Shown: positions 1 through 10,983, counted from the first letter of the stretch. The stretch: DNA of 64,000 nucleotides from Nitrospirota bacterium (GCA_963754875.1 CAVWHO010000022.1:96001-160000); one strand, 5' to 3'. Numbers and translations are program-made. Notes: generated by a model not told the origin, from the sequence alone.

Positions 1-514
1 TCAGCCGTTCCCCGATTTCTTTATAGGTCAACCCTTCTTCGACGCGCTTGACGATCTCTTTTTCCCGCTGGGTCAGCAGGTACTGTTCGCTCACGACATC
101 GTCCTGGAATTCATGGATGATTTTCCGCGCGATCTTCGGGCTCATGGGCGCCCCACCCTTATACAGAGCGTGAATGGACTCTATGACTTCCCGCGGACTG
201 CTTCCTTTGAGGATATACCCGGATGCCCCGGCCTTGATGGCGGAAAAAACCATCTCCCGGTCTTCGAAGACCGTGTGGGCCATGATCTCAAGAGAGGGCA
301 TTTCTTCCTTTACTCTTTTTATCAGGTCCACACCTGACATGCCGGGCAAGCCGAGATCGGTGAGCATCACTTCCGGCTTAGCGTTTCTGAGACCCCGCAG
401 GGCATCCTCTGCCGACCGGTAGGAACCGGCCACGGATAGTCCTTCCTCGCCGCTCAGCAGCAGGGTCAAATTTTCAAGGAGCAGGGGATCGTCTTCAACA
501 ATAATAAGTCGCAT
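1..514 (-). CDS. NarL/LuxR-family DNA-binding response regulator (3' end beyond window)
   Basis: Translated by hand from ATG 514: MRLIIVEDD...MLTDLGLPGMSG...AIKAGASGYILKG...LLTQREKEIVKRVEEGLTYKEIGERL (receiver plus LuxR HTH); not in ORF track because it runs off the edge. Confidence 0.93.
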   Translation of the reverse strand, partial: MRLIIVEDDPLLLENLTLLLSGEEGLSVAGSYRSAEDALRGLRNAKPEVMLTDLGLPGMSGVDLIKRVKEEMPSLEIMAHTVFEDREMVFSAIKAGASGYILKGSSPREVIESIHALYKGGAPMSPKIARKIIHEFQDDVVSEQYLLTQREKEIVKRVEEGLTYKEIGERL

Positions 515-538
515 ATTCACACCTTAACACAATCCGGG

Positions 539-3500
539 CTAGGATACTATACCCCGCACAGGGTATTTTAAGGGTAGACGCAGAGTAAAGATCACCGTGG
601 TCCCGTTGCCGGAGTTTATAATCATGTTTCCTCCGAGCCTCTCGGCCCGACGTTTCATGTTGGACAGGCCCCTGCCGCCGGTCCTCGATTGATTGCTGTT
701 GCATCCGATCCCGTCGTCCTGGACCGTAAGCTGGAGCTCCTGTTCTGCCACATTCAGAGTCACTGCGACGGACCGGGCGTGGGAGTGCTTTACGATATTC
801 GTAAGCGCTTCTTTGTAAATTTTTATCAGATTGATCCAGAGAAGGCTTCCGGGCTGATCCTGTCCGTCATGCATCGATGTGTCAACCGTCAGGGCAATCT
901 TATGCGGGTCCAGCATCTTCGTCCCCTGGTTGCGGAGTTCGGCTGCCATGGTGTGCCAGCTGAGCTCCCTGCGTGTCCAGGCTCTGCATGAAGCTTCTAA
1001 TCTCCGTGATCCCTTCCCGGGAGAGCCGCGAAATGGTGACGAGTGTTTTCTTGACGCTTTCCAGGTCCGTCGCTTTCTGGCCCAGCTCGGAAAGCATGCT
1101 GATGTTGGTCGTAATACCCCCGATGCCGTCATGGAGATCCATCAGGATCTCTTCTTTTTCCAGGAGATGCCGTTTTTCCACGGCAATCCTCTGCTCGTAC
1201 AGGTTCAACTGTTCTTCTTCCGCACGCTTGCGGTCCGTAATGTCGAAGAGCGTACCGATAACCGCCTGTTCCCCTTCGTAGTTGATGGTTCCGGCGGTCA
1301 TGTTGACCCAGCGTTCCTCTCCGTTTTTCGTCACAATTTTAAATTCATATTCCGGCGGAAGCCGTTCGCCTCGCAGGCGGGCCCGGCCGCGCTCCACTCA
1401 CCAGCTCCTTGTAATCAGGATGAATGATTGTCCAGAAATCCATGGACAAAAACTCCTCGTTCGTGTAGCCCGCGATCGCTTCGCCGGCCGGGTTTGCGTA
1501 AAAGAGCTTGCCTCCCCGATGAATGAAGATCGCTGCGGTAGTGGTTTCGGCCAGGGTACGGAATTTCGCTTCACTTTCCTGGAAGGAGCGGAGCGCCTGC
1601 TGCAGCTGTCGGTTAAGGCGTTCGCGCTCCTCTTCCGCCCGTTTGCGGTCCGTGATATCGAAGACGTTCCCGATCACCGCCGGTTTCCCTTCGAATTCGA
1701 TCAACGCCACGGTCATGTCCACCCAGCGGACCTCGCAGCTCTTCGTAACGATCCTGAATTCATAGCGGGTAAAGGTCTGCTCGCCGCGAAGGTGCGCCCT
1801 CCCCCGTTCCATGATCATGTCCCGGTCCTCGGGATGCGCCACGGCCCAGAAATCCAGGGTAAGGAATTCCGTGCGCGTAAAGCCGCTCATGGAGAGGCTT
1901 GCCGGATTCGCATAGAGAAACTTGCCTCCCTGATGGATAAAGATTGCGGCCGGTGCGGTCTCTGCCAGCGAACGGAATTTTGCCTCGCTCTCTTCAAGGG
2001 AATGCAGCGTCTGCTGCAGCCGTCGGTTAAGCCGCTCACGCTCTTCTTCCGCCTGTTTGCGGTCCGTGATATCGAAGAGCGTTGCAATGACCGCAGGTTG
2101 TCCTTCATAGTCAATGATGCCCGATGACGTAATGGCCCAACGTTCTTCACCATGTTTGGTCAAAACTTTGAACTCGTATTCCCGGGGAGCTTCTGCGCCG
2201 GATATCCGCGTTCGTCCTCGCTCCCGTACCATATCACGGTACTCGGGGTGAACGATCTCCCAGAATTCCATGCGCAAAAAATCGTCAAACGTATATCCGG
2301 TGATCTTTTGCACGGCGGGATTGGCGTACAGGAACTTACCTCCCCGGTGGATAATGATGGAGGCCGTCGTGGTTTCAGCCAGGGTCCGGAATCGGGTCTC
2401 GCTCTCCTTCAGGGATTGCAGCGCCTGTTGCAGCTGCTGGTAGTAGAGTTCCCGCTCTTCCCTCGCCCGCTTGAGGTCGGTGATATCGCGCATGACAGCT
2501 GCGCGGGCGACCAGCTTCCTCGATGTTTCGTCATTGACATCAAAACTGTACATATCGACGGGGATCGGGGTGCCGGTTTTAAAATGTTTCAGTCTGAACT
2601 CGCCTCGCCACGTACCACTCCGCTTGTGTTCTCGGTGTGCCGGGAGGTCTTCCGGCATGAAGTAATCGTCGGATATTGTTTTTCTGACGTCGTCCTCCGG
2701 GTCGAGGCCCACGAGCTTTCGACCGGCGCTGTTAATGAAGATGACCGTGCCGTCCATGTCGGTCATTCCGATGAAATCGGAGCTGTTCTCGATGAGCAAG
2801 ACCATCTTGTCTCGTTCCGCCTCTGCTCGCTTGCGCCCGGTAATGTCAATGAGCGTCCCGATGACCGCCGGCTTGCCTTCAAATTCGGAGATACCGCCGG
2901 TCATGAGGACCCAGCGCTCCTCGCCGTTTTTTCTCACCAGCTTAAACTCGTACTGAGTAGGCACTGTCGCTGTTGCCGGTCAAGCGTTCACTCGCCCGTC
3001 TCTTCACCATTTCGACAAAGTCCGGGTGAACCAGGCTCATAAAGTGCATGGTGAGGTATTCGTCTACGGTATATCCGCCGATTACTTCGGCTGCGCGGTT
3101 TGCGTAGAGAAAATTCCCGCCCTGATGGATGAAAATCGCCATGGCTGCCGTCTCAGCGAGGGTACGGAATTTTTCCTCGCTTTCCCGGAGAGAGACAATG
3201 GCTCTTTCCACGGTGAGATGCATCTGGTCTTTCTCCAAGATTGTGCTTTTCCCTTTCCAGGTTCTGTAGCACGCGGTTCCGGAAGAAATCTTTCCGCTGA
3301 TATAATTCCCGCTGGTAGATCGTAAACATGCCCATTAGGTTCGCGGAGATATAGAAGAAATTATCCGTCAGCAAAACGGGAAGCGCCGTATGGCTTATCC
3401 AGATGGCGGAAATCTCATAAAGACCGATGATCGTCCAGCACACGACTGTCGCGTAGAGAAACCGCAGCTTGAAGGACGTATAGGAAGTCATGAAGACAAG

Positions 3501-3875
3501 CAGGAGTCCTGCAAAGTGGAAATACCGCCCTGACATCTGCGTTATGACGATCAAGGCGACAATGCCGCCCCCACCCACAAAGACAAGAAACGAGACGAGT
3601 ATCTGCTGGTATTTCTTGAACTGCCGGGAAAAAGAGAAGGACCACACAAAAATGGCGGTAGGAATGACGATGACGTAGCGGATAAACCATGCCTGAAATT
3701 TTACTTCGGGCGTGACCAGGCCATCCAAAATCCCGAATAACGCATAAATAGCCGCAACAACAGCGATGCTTATCCGCAGCTGGTTCAGAGATTTATTAAA
3801 AGACTCCTCTTGAAAGGCCTGTTCAAGCTCATCTGGGAACTGCATGCGCAGTTTATCGATCGGCATCGTTTCCAT
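539..3875 (-). CDS. Membrane multi-PAS sensor histidine kinase (HisKA_3/HATPase), interrupted by four single-base insertions; about 1110 aa if repaired
   Basis: ORF pieces 3153-3875 (about 6 TM helices), 2942-3238, 1345-2964 (PAS/PAC repeats ending DITDRK), 900-1397 (MDLHDGIGG H-box), 539-960 (EALTNIVKHS, DDGIG, GRGL) join into one protein on removing one base each near 3236, 2971, 1397, 970. Confidence 0.85.
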
Positions 3876-4154
3876 AAGGCAGCCTTTTTACCTCTCCGGC
3901 CGTGCGTGAGTATGTCAGGGACCGTCGCAGCAAATCGGCGAAGAGAAACATTAACTTGCATCATTGTATGGTAGCGCCGTCGTTCAGTCAAGCGAATATT
4001 CGAAGATTTCCTTCATTATTGACGGCTGCTGCGATGAGCTGCAAGTCGGTTTTCCTTTTTGACAACCGAAAGGACATGCTCGACATCCCTTTTTGTTTGA
4101 CAGAGCTCAGGACAGGAGCTACACTTAGACTGTGAGTCACAGAAAGGGGGTCTC

Positions 4155-4616
4155 ATGCAGATCAAAACCATCCTTTTCCCAACGGATTTTTCACAGGGTG
4201 CCCGCGCCGCCATGGACCATGCTATTTCGCTCGCCAAGGATTATCAGGCTAAACTCATTCTCCTCTATGTGATCCAGGACATCAGCATCGCTGAATGGTA
4301 TATTCCTTCTTCCCTTTCCGCCGCCGATCTGGTGGAGGATATGCAAAAGAGCGCCTGGAATGAAATGGACAAGTGGGGGGCGGAAGTTTCGCAGAGAGTC
4401 AAAGACGTGGAAAAGCTGGTTGTGCGTGGCGTGCCCTTTGTCGAGATCATCAGGACGGCAAAGGAAAGGCAGGCTGACATGATTGTCATCGGCACTCATG
4501 GAAGGACGGGCATCGACCACATGCTCTTCGGGAGTACCGCCGAGAAGGTGGTTCGCAAAGCGGCCTGTCCGGTGCTGACGGTCCGCATCCCCGGTAGAGA
4601 GTTCAAGATGCCATAA
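4155..4616 (+). CDS. Universal stress protein (UspA family)
   Basis: ILFPTDFS...ADMIVIGTHGRTG...GSTAEKVVRKAACPVLTV. Confidence 0.95.
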   Translation: MQIKTILFPTDFSQGARAAMDHAISLAKDYQAKLILLYVIQDISIAEWYIPSSLSAADLVEDMQKSAWNEMDKWGAEVSQRVKDVEKLVVRGVPFVEIIRTAKERQADMIVIGTHGRTGIDHMLFGSTAEKVVRKAACPVLTVRIPGREFKMP

Positions 4617-4740
4617 AAGCAAAAGTCAAATTCGAAATGAAGTCGCTGCGGAAGCAAAAAGGATTGTTTGTGTCATTTGAAAGAGGAAGTAGGTACTACT
4701 GAATTAGTTACAACATAATTTTTTTAAAGGGGCCTAACAC

Positions 4741-4774
4741 AAAGAGGCTGGTTATCGTATAACCAGCCTCTTTC
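4741..4774. terminator. Intrinsic terminator between convergent usp and ferritin-like genes
   Basis: AAAGAGGCTGGTTAT-CGT-ATAACCAGCCTCTTT hairpin with A/T tails. Confidence 0.75.
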
Positions 4775-4780
4775 ATTTTT

Positions 4781-5206
4781 CTATTGCCCGAGGAGCGTCG
4801 TGAAGGTGTCGTGGTGACCTTCTTCCTCGGAAAGGATCTCTTCGAAAAGCAACCGCGTCGTCTCGTCCTTTTCCGATGCGGCCTGTTTGATGATGTCTTT
4901 ATACAGCGTGATTGCTTCTTCCTCTGCCTTGGTGTCTGCCTTCAGCATTTGGGTAGCGTCCCCGCCCGTGACAATGGGTGTTGGCTTGGTGGTAGGATTG
5001 ACATCAAAATAAAATAATCTCTCGGCGATCTTTTCCGCATGCTTCATCTCGTCCATGGACACCTTTTCAAAAACCCCGGAGAGCGATTCTGCAGTCATTC
5101 CTTTTACCATGACATGGTGCCACATGTATTGCACGATTGCCTGGAGTTCTCCTGCAATAGCCTGGTTCATCATTTCGGTCAATTTTGGACTCGCCTTCTG
5201 GACCAT
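4781..5206 (-). CDS. Ferritin-like / bacterioferritin-family diiron protein
   Basis: Start MVQKASPKL after AAGGAGG; ELQAIVQY, DEMKHAE, AEEEAI, EEEGHHD ferroxidase-type motifs. Confidence 0.88.
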   Translation of the reverse strand: MVQKASPKLTEMMNQAIAGELQAIVQYMWHHVMVKGMTAESLSGVFEKVSMDEMKHAEKIAERLFYFDVNPTTKPTPIVTGGDATQMLKADTKAEEEAITLYKDIIKQAASEKDETTRLLFEEILSEEEGHHDTFTTLLGQ

Positions 5207-5276
5207 ATTCGTGCCTCCTTCGTGGGATGATGTGCGTTGGATAGAGTGGTTGATTCGTGTGCGGTTGAATACAATA

Positions 5277-5305
5277 ACTATAGCACAGGAAAAGGGGGTT
5301 TGCAA
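5277..5305 (-). promoter_or_regulatory. Sigma70-type promoter of ferritin-like gene
   Basis: TTGCAA-N17-TATAGT with extended TG on minus strand. Confidence 0.6.
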
Positions 5306-5452
5306 ATAGGTACAAAGAGCGCCTTCTTGTTACATTCCTTTTCCCGTAAAAGTTGAGCTATGTACCATATTCCTAAAGAAGAAAAGAATATCAGCGAAAT
5401 TCAAGATGGCTCTTCTTTCTCAGTGAAGTCAAGCACATTTCACAAATTCCAG

Positions 5453-5481
5453 TTGCCTTATGTGGCCTCTTGAAATATAAT
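5453..5481 (+). promoter_or_regulatory. Sigma70-type promoter of aconitase
   Basis: TTGCCT-N17-TATAAT upstream of AAGGAG RBS. Confidence 0.65.
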
Positions 5482-5519
5482 GTCGCGATATTTATCACCT
5501 ACAAGGAGTATCGACCTCT

Positions 5520-7460
5520 ATGAGTAAGAATTTAGTTTATAAAATATTGGAATCCCACCTTATCGAAGGAAAGCTTGAGGCAGGTGCCGAGATTGCTATC
5601 AAGATCGACCAGACGCTGACGCAGGACGCTACGGGAACCATGGCATACTTGCAGTTTGAGGCCATGGATGTGCCCCGCGTAAAAACGGAACTTTCTGTGA
5701 GCTATGTAGATCATAACACGCTCCAGGACGGGTTTGAGAATGCTGATGACCACCGGTATCTCATGACCGTGGCCTCGAAGTACGGCATCCACTACTCAAA
5801 AGCGGGGAACGGCATCTGTCATCAGGTACACCTCGAACGTTTCGGCAGGCCCGGCAAAACGCTGCTTGGTTCTGACTCTCACACGCCCACTGGCGGCGGC
5901 ATCGGCATGATCGCAATCGGAGCCGGCGGGCTGGACGTCGCCGTGGCCATGGGAGGCGGACCTTTCTATCTCTCCTGTCCCAAAGTCGTGAAGGTGAACC
6001 TGACGGGAAAGCTCCGGCCCTGGGTCTCGGCAAAGGATGTGATTCTTACGATTCTCAAGATGCTCACGACAAAAGGCAACGTCGGCACGATAATTGAGTA
6101 TGGTGGCGACGGTGTAAAGACACTCTCCGTGCCCGAGCGCGCCACGATCACAAACATGGGCGCCGAACTCGGGGTGACCACCTCGATCTTTCCGAGCGAC
6201 GAGATCACGAAGACGTTTCTCACGGCTCAGCGCCGTGAATCGGACTGGACCAGCCTCGTAGCTGATGTTAATGCAGAGTACGATAAAGTAATCGACCTCG
6301 ACCTCGGCAAAATCGAGCCGCTTATGGCCAAGCCACACTCACCGGATAACATCGCCACGGTAAAGGAACTTGCCGGGACCAAGGTTGATCAAGTCATGGT
6401 CGGCTCGTGCACGAACTCGTCCTACCGTGACCTCATGCTCGTCGCATCAATGTTAAAAGGAAGGCGGGTGTTCCCGGATGTGAGCTTCGGCGTTGCACCG
6501 GGATCGCGCCAAGTGCTCGAAATGATCGCGAGGAACGGCGCGCTTGCCGACATCGTTTCCGCAGGCGCACGAGTTCTCGAATCCACCTGCGGCTTCTGCA
6601 TCGGCGCAGGCCAGGCGCCGAAAACAGAAGCTGTCTCGATCCGCACGAACAACCGGAACTTCGAGGGCCGTTCAGGCACCAAAAGTGCCAGGGTGTTTCT
6701 TGCAAGCCCCGAGTCCGCCGTTGCCGCAGCTCTCACCGGGGGGATTATGGATCCGCGCGACCTCGGTATTCCTTATCCCGAGATCGTGGTGCCTGACCAG
6801 TTCTGGATCGACGACACGATGATCCTTCCTCCGGCAAAAGACCCGTTGTCCGCGGCCGTGTTTCGCGGACCGAATATCGGAGACCCGCCGGCTGCTGAGC
6901 CGCTTGCCGAGACCATCAGGGGCGTCGTCGCGATCAAAGTCGGTGACAAGACCACGACGGACCACATTATGCCAGCGGGCTCGCGGCTTAAGTATCGCTC
7001 GAACATTCCGAAATATGCCGAATTCGTGTTCGAGGGCGTAGATGCGACATTCTCGAGAAAGGCGCTGGAGAACAAGAAGGCGGGGATCCATAACATCGTG
7101 ATCGCCGGACAAAGCTACGGCCAGGGTTCGAGCCGGGAGCACGCGGCTATCTGCCCCATGTATTTGGGGGTCAAAGCCGTGATCGCGAAATCCTTCGAGC
7201 GCATTCACGCGGCGAACCTCATCAACTTCGGCATTCTGCCGCTCATTTTTGCGAATGAAGCCGATTATGATGGGATCGGAGCAAGTGACAGGATCGAGAT
7301 AGCGGATATCAAGATCACGCTTTCGAAAGGCGCGGACCTGGTTCTTAAGAATATGACGAATGGACAGACAGCGGCGCTCAAGTATTCTTTGAGCCCGAGG
7401 CAGCGTGATATTCTGCTGGCCGGCGGCATGCTGAATTACACTCGATCACATTCTGCTTAG
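5520..7460 (+). CDS. Aconitate hydratase (short single-chain type)
   Basis: QDATG, DH, GSDSHT, GSCTN, CGFCIG, NRNFEGR, TTDHI, GQGSSREHA motifs. Confidence 0.92.
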   Translation: MSKNLVYKILESHLIEGKLEAGAEIAIKIDQTLTQDATGTMAYLQFEAMDVPRVKTELSVSYVDHNTLQDGFENADDHRYLMTVASKYGIHYSKAGNGICHQVHLERFGRPGKTLLGSDSHTPTGGGIGMIAIGAGGLDVAVAMGGGPFYLSCPKVVKVNLTGKLRPWVSAKDVILTILKMLTTKGNVGTIIEYGGDGVKTLSVPERATITNMGAELGVTTSIFPSDEITKTFLTAQRRESDWTSLVADVNAEYDKVIDLDLGKIEPLMAKPHSPDNIATVKELAGTKVDQVMVGSCTNSSYRDLMLVASMLKGRRVFPDVSFGVAPGSRQVLEMIARNGALADIVSAGARVLESTCGFCIGAGQAPKTEAVSIRTNNRNFEGRSGTKSARVFLASPESAVAAALTGGIMDPRDLGIPYPEIVVPDQFWIDDTMILPPAKDPLSAAVFRGPNIGDPPAAEPLAETIRGVVAIKVGDKTTTDHIMPAGSRLKYRSNIPKYAEFVFEGVDATFSRKALENKKAGIHNIVIAGQSYGQGSSREHAAICPMYLGVKAVIAKSFERIHAANLINFGILPLIFANEADYDGIGASDRIEIADIKITLSKGADLVLKNMTNGQTAALKYSLSPRQRDILLAGGMLNYTRSHSA

Positions 7461-7497
7461 ACCGCTCCGTCTGAATGAACTTTCTGCCGAATGACAA

Positions 7498-7525
7498 GAA
7501 GCCGCACCTGTTCAGGTGCGGCTTC
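7498..7525. terminator. Hairpin terminator between convergent aconitase and galT
   Basis: GAAGCCGCACCTG-TT-CAGGTGCGGCTTC. Confidence 0.7.
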
Positions 7526-7560
7526 CCTCGTTTTTTGACAGTCACAGGCTTGTACCTGCT

Positions 7561-8598
7561 TTATTCCATCGATGAAAGCTTCACTTCCCGCAAATACTTT
7601 GCAGCATCCTCCGGCGGCGTAGGGTTGATGTAGAAGCCCGATCCCCACTCGAAGCCCGCAACCCGGGTGAGCCGCGGCATAATCTCGAGGTGCCAGTGGA
7701 AATCGTCGTTCAGCGTATGCCAGTGTCCGCGACGCGGCACGCGATTTGGGGCCGAATAGAGCATATAATTATAGGGCGGATGGTTCAGGACTTTCCCGAT
7801 CCTCTGCAGCGTGTGCCTGAGCGTCCGGGAAAAATCCATAATCTCTTCTTTCGTAACATCGACATAGGAGCACAGGTGCTTTTTCGGGTAGATCCAGGTC
7901 TCGAAGGGGAAGCGGGGCGCAAAAGGGACCATGACAACGAAATGACGCGTCTCTTCTACCACCCGTTCCGGCGTCAGAAGTTCCTGCCGGATGATGTCGC
8001 AGAAGATGCACCGCTCCTTATAATCGTAATACGATTTGGCGCCGTCCAGCTTTTCCTTTACGAACTTGGGAATCACCGGTGTAGCGATGATCTGGGAATG
8101 GGCATGGTTCAGGGCCGAACCGGCAATCCTCCCCTGATTTTTGAAAACCAGAACGTATCTGAGGCGGCTGTCCCGTTCGAGATCGAGTATGCGGTCGCGG
8201 TAGGACCAGAGGACCTTTTCAACCTGACTTTCGGGAAGGTCTTCGAGCCGGATTGCATGTTCCGGGCTTTCGATGATGATCTCGTGGGCCCCGATGCCGT
8301 TCATCCAGTCGTAGATGCCGCTGCCTTCGCGTTCGAGGTTGCCCTCGATGTGAAGCACCGGGAATTTACTCGGAATGACGCGTACCCACCAGCCTTGGGC
8401 ATTCGGCAGGGTCTTCTCAGGCCTGAAGGAAGCGATCTCCGGCGGGGTTTTCGTCTCATTGCCCCCGCAAAAGGGGCACTCCGTCGGGCTTACATCGTCC
8501 GGAGGTTCTTCAAAGGTATATTCTTCGGGCTTTTTGGGACGCGCGGTGGATACAATGATCCACCGGCCGACAATAGGGTCCTTGCGCAGGCGTGACAT
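7561..8598 (-). CDS. galT: Galactose-1-phosphate uridylyltransferase family protein
   Basis: CPFC, GAHEIIIESPEH, FKNQG..AGSALNHAHSQ (HxHxQ), AGFEWGSG. Confidence 0.9.
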   Translation of the reverse strand: MSRLRKDPIVGRWIIVSTARPKKPEEYTFEEPPDDVSPTECPFCGGNETKTPPEIASFRPEKTLPNAQGWWVRVIPSKFPVLHIEGNLEREGSGIYDWMNGIGAHEIIIESPEHAIRLEDLPESQVEKVLWSYRDRILDLERDSRLRYVLVFKNQGRIAGSALNHAHSQIIATPVIPKFVKEKLDGAKSYYDYKERCIFCDIIRQELLTPERVVEETRHFVVMVPFAPRFPFETWIYPKKHLCSYVDVTKEEIMDFSRTLRHTLQRIGKVLNHPPYNYMLYSAPNRVPRRGHWHTLNDDFHWHLEIMPRLTRVAGFEWGSGFYINPTPPEDAAKYLREVKLSSME

Positions 8599-8975
8599 CA
8601 GCTGCCTGACCTCGCCTTCTGCTCCGTCAGTACTTTATGCACGATCCGTTTCAATTCTTTGATGCGGATGGGCTTGTTGATGTATTCGGCGGCTCCAAGG
8701 CTCATGGCCTTAAGATAACTTTCTACTTCACCGTATGCCGTCACCATGATCACGTCGGTTTTGGACCCCATCTTTCGTATCTCCTGCAGAAGCTGAAGTC
8801 CGTCCATGACCGGCATTTTGATGTCGGTGATCACCAGATTGAAGGGCTGATTTTTGAACAGGGTCAGTGCATCCTCGCCGCTATTGGCGAGGGCAACCTC
8901 ATATCCTTCATCCGTCAGGATGGTATTGAACAATTCCCGGGCGCCCTCTTCGTCATCAACAACAAGGATATTCAT
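8598..8975 (-). CDS. Single-domain response regulator (receiver only)
   Basis: ILVVDDE, ITDIKMP, TAYG, INKP; stop overlaps galT start (TGATG). Confidence 0.93.
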   Translation of the reverse strand: MNILVVDDEEGARELFNTILTDEGYEVALANSGEDALTLFKNQPFNLVITDIKMPVMDGLQLLQEIRKMGSKTDVIMVTAYGEVESYLKAMSLGAAEYINKPIRIKELKRIVHKVLTEQKARSGS

Positions 8976-9104
8976 CTATTCTCCTCATAAACGGTTGTAA
9001 AGGAAAAATATCATAAAAATGTGGAATCGTCAAGGTAACGGGATGGATAGATTTGTAGCAGCGATTACAGTTTTGCGAGCATGTCGAAGGTTGTCACTGA
9101 AAAA

Positions 9105-9869
9105 TCAACGATTTATTTCGTAAAGAAATCGTAAGCCCTCAAGCGTCAGCTGGGGTTTTATCTGCCGGATGCTCCTCGTTTCCGGCGATACCAGTTCTGC
9201 CAGTCCGCCCGTTGCCACAACTTTGGCTTGGTCGGACAGCTCCTTCTTCATCCGTTCCACGATACCGTCCACCAGACCGGCGTAACCGTAGATAATACCC
9301 GCCTGCATTGCACTGACAGTATCGGTACCGATCACTTTTTGCGGTTTCGTGAGTTCGACGCGTGGCAGCTTCGAGGCGCGCTGGAACAAGGCCTCCGCGG
9401 AAATTTTTATGCCCGGACAGATCGCCCCACCCAGATAATGGCCGCTCTCAGTCACCGCACAAAACGTAGTCGCCGTGCCGAAGTCAACGATAATGAGCGG
9501 GCCTCCATAGAGATGATACGCTCCAGCAGCATTCACGATGCGGTCTGCGCCGACCTCCTTGGGGTTGTCAGAGCGGATCACAATGCCCGTCTTGAGTTTG
9601 TGCGTCACGACCATGGGCTCGATGTGAAAATATTTCCGGGTCATCTCGGTCATCACGGGCAAAAGCGGCGGCACGACGGTTGAGATGATCACACCGGCGA
9701 TCTGCTTAAACTCAAGTTTGGCGAAATTGAAGAGGTCCTTGAAGATCATAGCGTACTCATCGGGCGTGATCTGCGTATTGGTGCCCACGCGCCAATTCTC
9801 GACGAGCCTGTCACCGTCAAATACGCCGAGCACGACGTTCGTGTTTCCGATGTCGATGGCTAAAAGCAT
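9105..9869 (-). CDS. coaX: Type III pantothenate kinase
   Basis: MLLAIDIGNTN, GADR, VDFGTATT, ATGG; start after GGAGG. Confidence 0.95.
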   Translation of the reverse strand: MLLAIDIGNTNVVLGVFDGDRLVENWRVGTNTQITPDEYAMIFKDLFNFAKLEFKQIAGVIISTVVPPLLPVMTEMTRKYFHIEPMVVTHKLKTGIVIRSDNPKEVGADRIVNAAGAYHLYGGPLIIVDFGTATTFCAVTESGHYLGGAICPGIKISAEALFQRASKLPRVELTKPQKVIGTDTVSAMQAGIIYGYAGLVDGIVERMKKELSDQAKVVATGGLAELVSPETRSIRQIKPQLTLEGLRFLYEINR

Positions 9870-9889
9870 GTTTCCTCCGGAAAAATCAA

Positions 9890-9979
9890 GGGTCACGGGG
9901 CCAGGGTTCGGGGTCACGGTAAGACAAAGGCTGGATGGACGTTGCTTTCCCATGACCCTTGCTCCTTGACTCCTGACCC
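9890..9979. repeat. Inverted pair of degenerate 7-nt tandem arrays
   Basis: GGGTCAC GGGGCCA GGGTTCG GGGTCAC ... CATGACC CTTGCTC CTTGACT CCTGACC. Confidence 0.7.
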
Positions 9980-10950
9980 TATTTTTTCACGATCGTCACG
10001 TCTCCCGCAGCGACTGTCCGTGCGGTGCCCTCGTCAAGCTTGACAATGAGTCTGCCCTCGGCATCTATTCCCTGCGCCGAACCTTCGAATATTTCGCCCG
10101 CACCGCTTACGGCAATGCGGTTGCCTATGGTCATGTTGAGCTTTTCCCATTCCTTCAGGACGTCGGCAGGATCGTGAAGAAGCACCTGGTACCAGTGGTC
10201 GAGTTCCCTGAGGATCTCCCGAAGGAGCGCGGTCCTGCTCACCTTCCGGCCTGTCTCCGACATGAGAGTGGTCGTAGTGGTTCTGATGTCGCTTGGCAAT
10301 ACCTCGGGGTCCATATTCACATCCACACCGATGCCGAGCACGATGTGCCTGATGCGGTCCTGCTCTGCGCTCATCTCGGTTAGCAGGCCGCTAACCTTCT
10401 TGCCTGACAGGAGGACATCATTCGGCCACTTGATGGCAGCGTGAAGTTGGCAAACTGTCCTGATTGCAGATGCCACGGCTACAGCCCCTATCAGCGTGCT
10501 GAGCGGCGCCTTGTGCAGCGGTACATCCGGACGCAGGATCACACTGAAGTACAGATTGCCTTTCGGCGATATCCATTTCCTGCCGAGCCTTCCTTTGCCG
10601 CCGGTCTGTGTCTCGGCAATGACGACTGCGCCTTCAGGAGCACCTCGCGACGCCATCTCCATGGCAAGCGTATTGGTCGAAGATATCTCCGAAAAGAGAT
10701 GGATCTCTTTTCCGATAACCTTCGTTTTCAGGCCCGGTTTGATGTCGTTCTGCCGCAAGACGTCTGGCTCGGAAGTGATGCGGTAGCCCTGCGACGGCAC
10801 TGCGTCGATCCCGAAGCCGTCACGCTCCAGCGACTTGATGTGTTTCCAAACCATAGTGCGTGAGACCCCGGTCTTTCGTGCAAGCTCTTCGCCGGATAAG
10901 AAGCCGGAGCGTGATGCACGAAGAAGGTTCAGGATTTTTTCTTTATTCAT
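9979..10950 (-). CDS. birA: Bifunctional biotin repressor / biotin-protein ligase
   Basis: N-terminal HTH (SGEELA...VSRTMVWKHI), GKGRLGRKW, KWPND, KVSG. Confidence 0.96.
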   Translation of the reverse strand: MNKEKILNLLRASRSGFLSGEELARKTGVSRTMVWKHIKSLERDGFGIDAVPSQGYRITSEPDVLRQNDIKPGLKTKVIGKEIHLFSEISSTNTLAMEMASRGAPEGAVVIAETQTGGKGRLGRKWISPKGNLYFSVILRPDVPLHKAPLSTLIGAVAVASAIRTVCQLHAAIKWPNDVLLSGKKVSGLLTEMSAEQDRIRHIVLGIGVDVNMDPEVLPSDIRTTTTTLMSETGRKVSRTALLREILRELDHWYQVLLHDPADVLKEWEKLNMTIGNRIAVSGAGEIFEGSAQGIDAEGRLIVKLDEGTARTVAAGDVTIVKK

Positions 10951-10983
10951 AGAATTTCAAGGTCAAGGAGCCAGGGTCATGCC

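Noticed and set aside
7690..8595. Long antisense ORFs (for example 7690-8595, 13815-14717, 31867-32988, 53702-54736, 34052-34798)
   Set aside because: Shadow frames opposite well-supported genes in GC-rich DNA; no motifs or RBS
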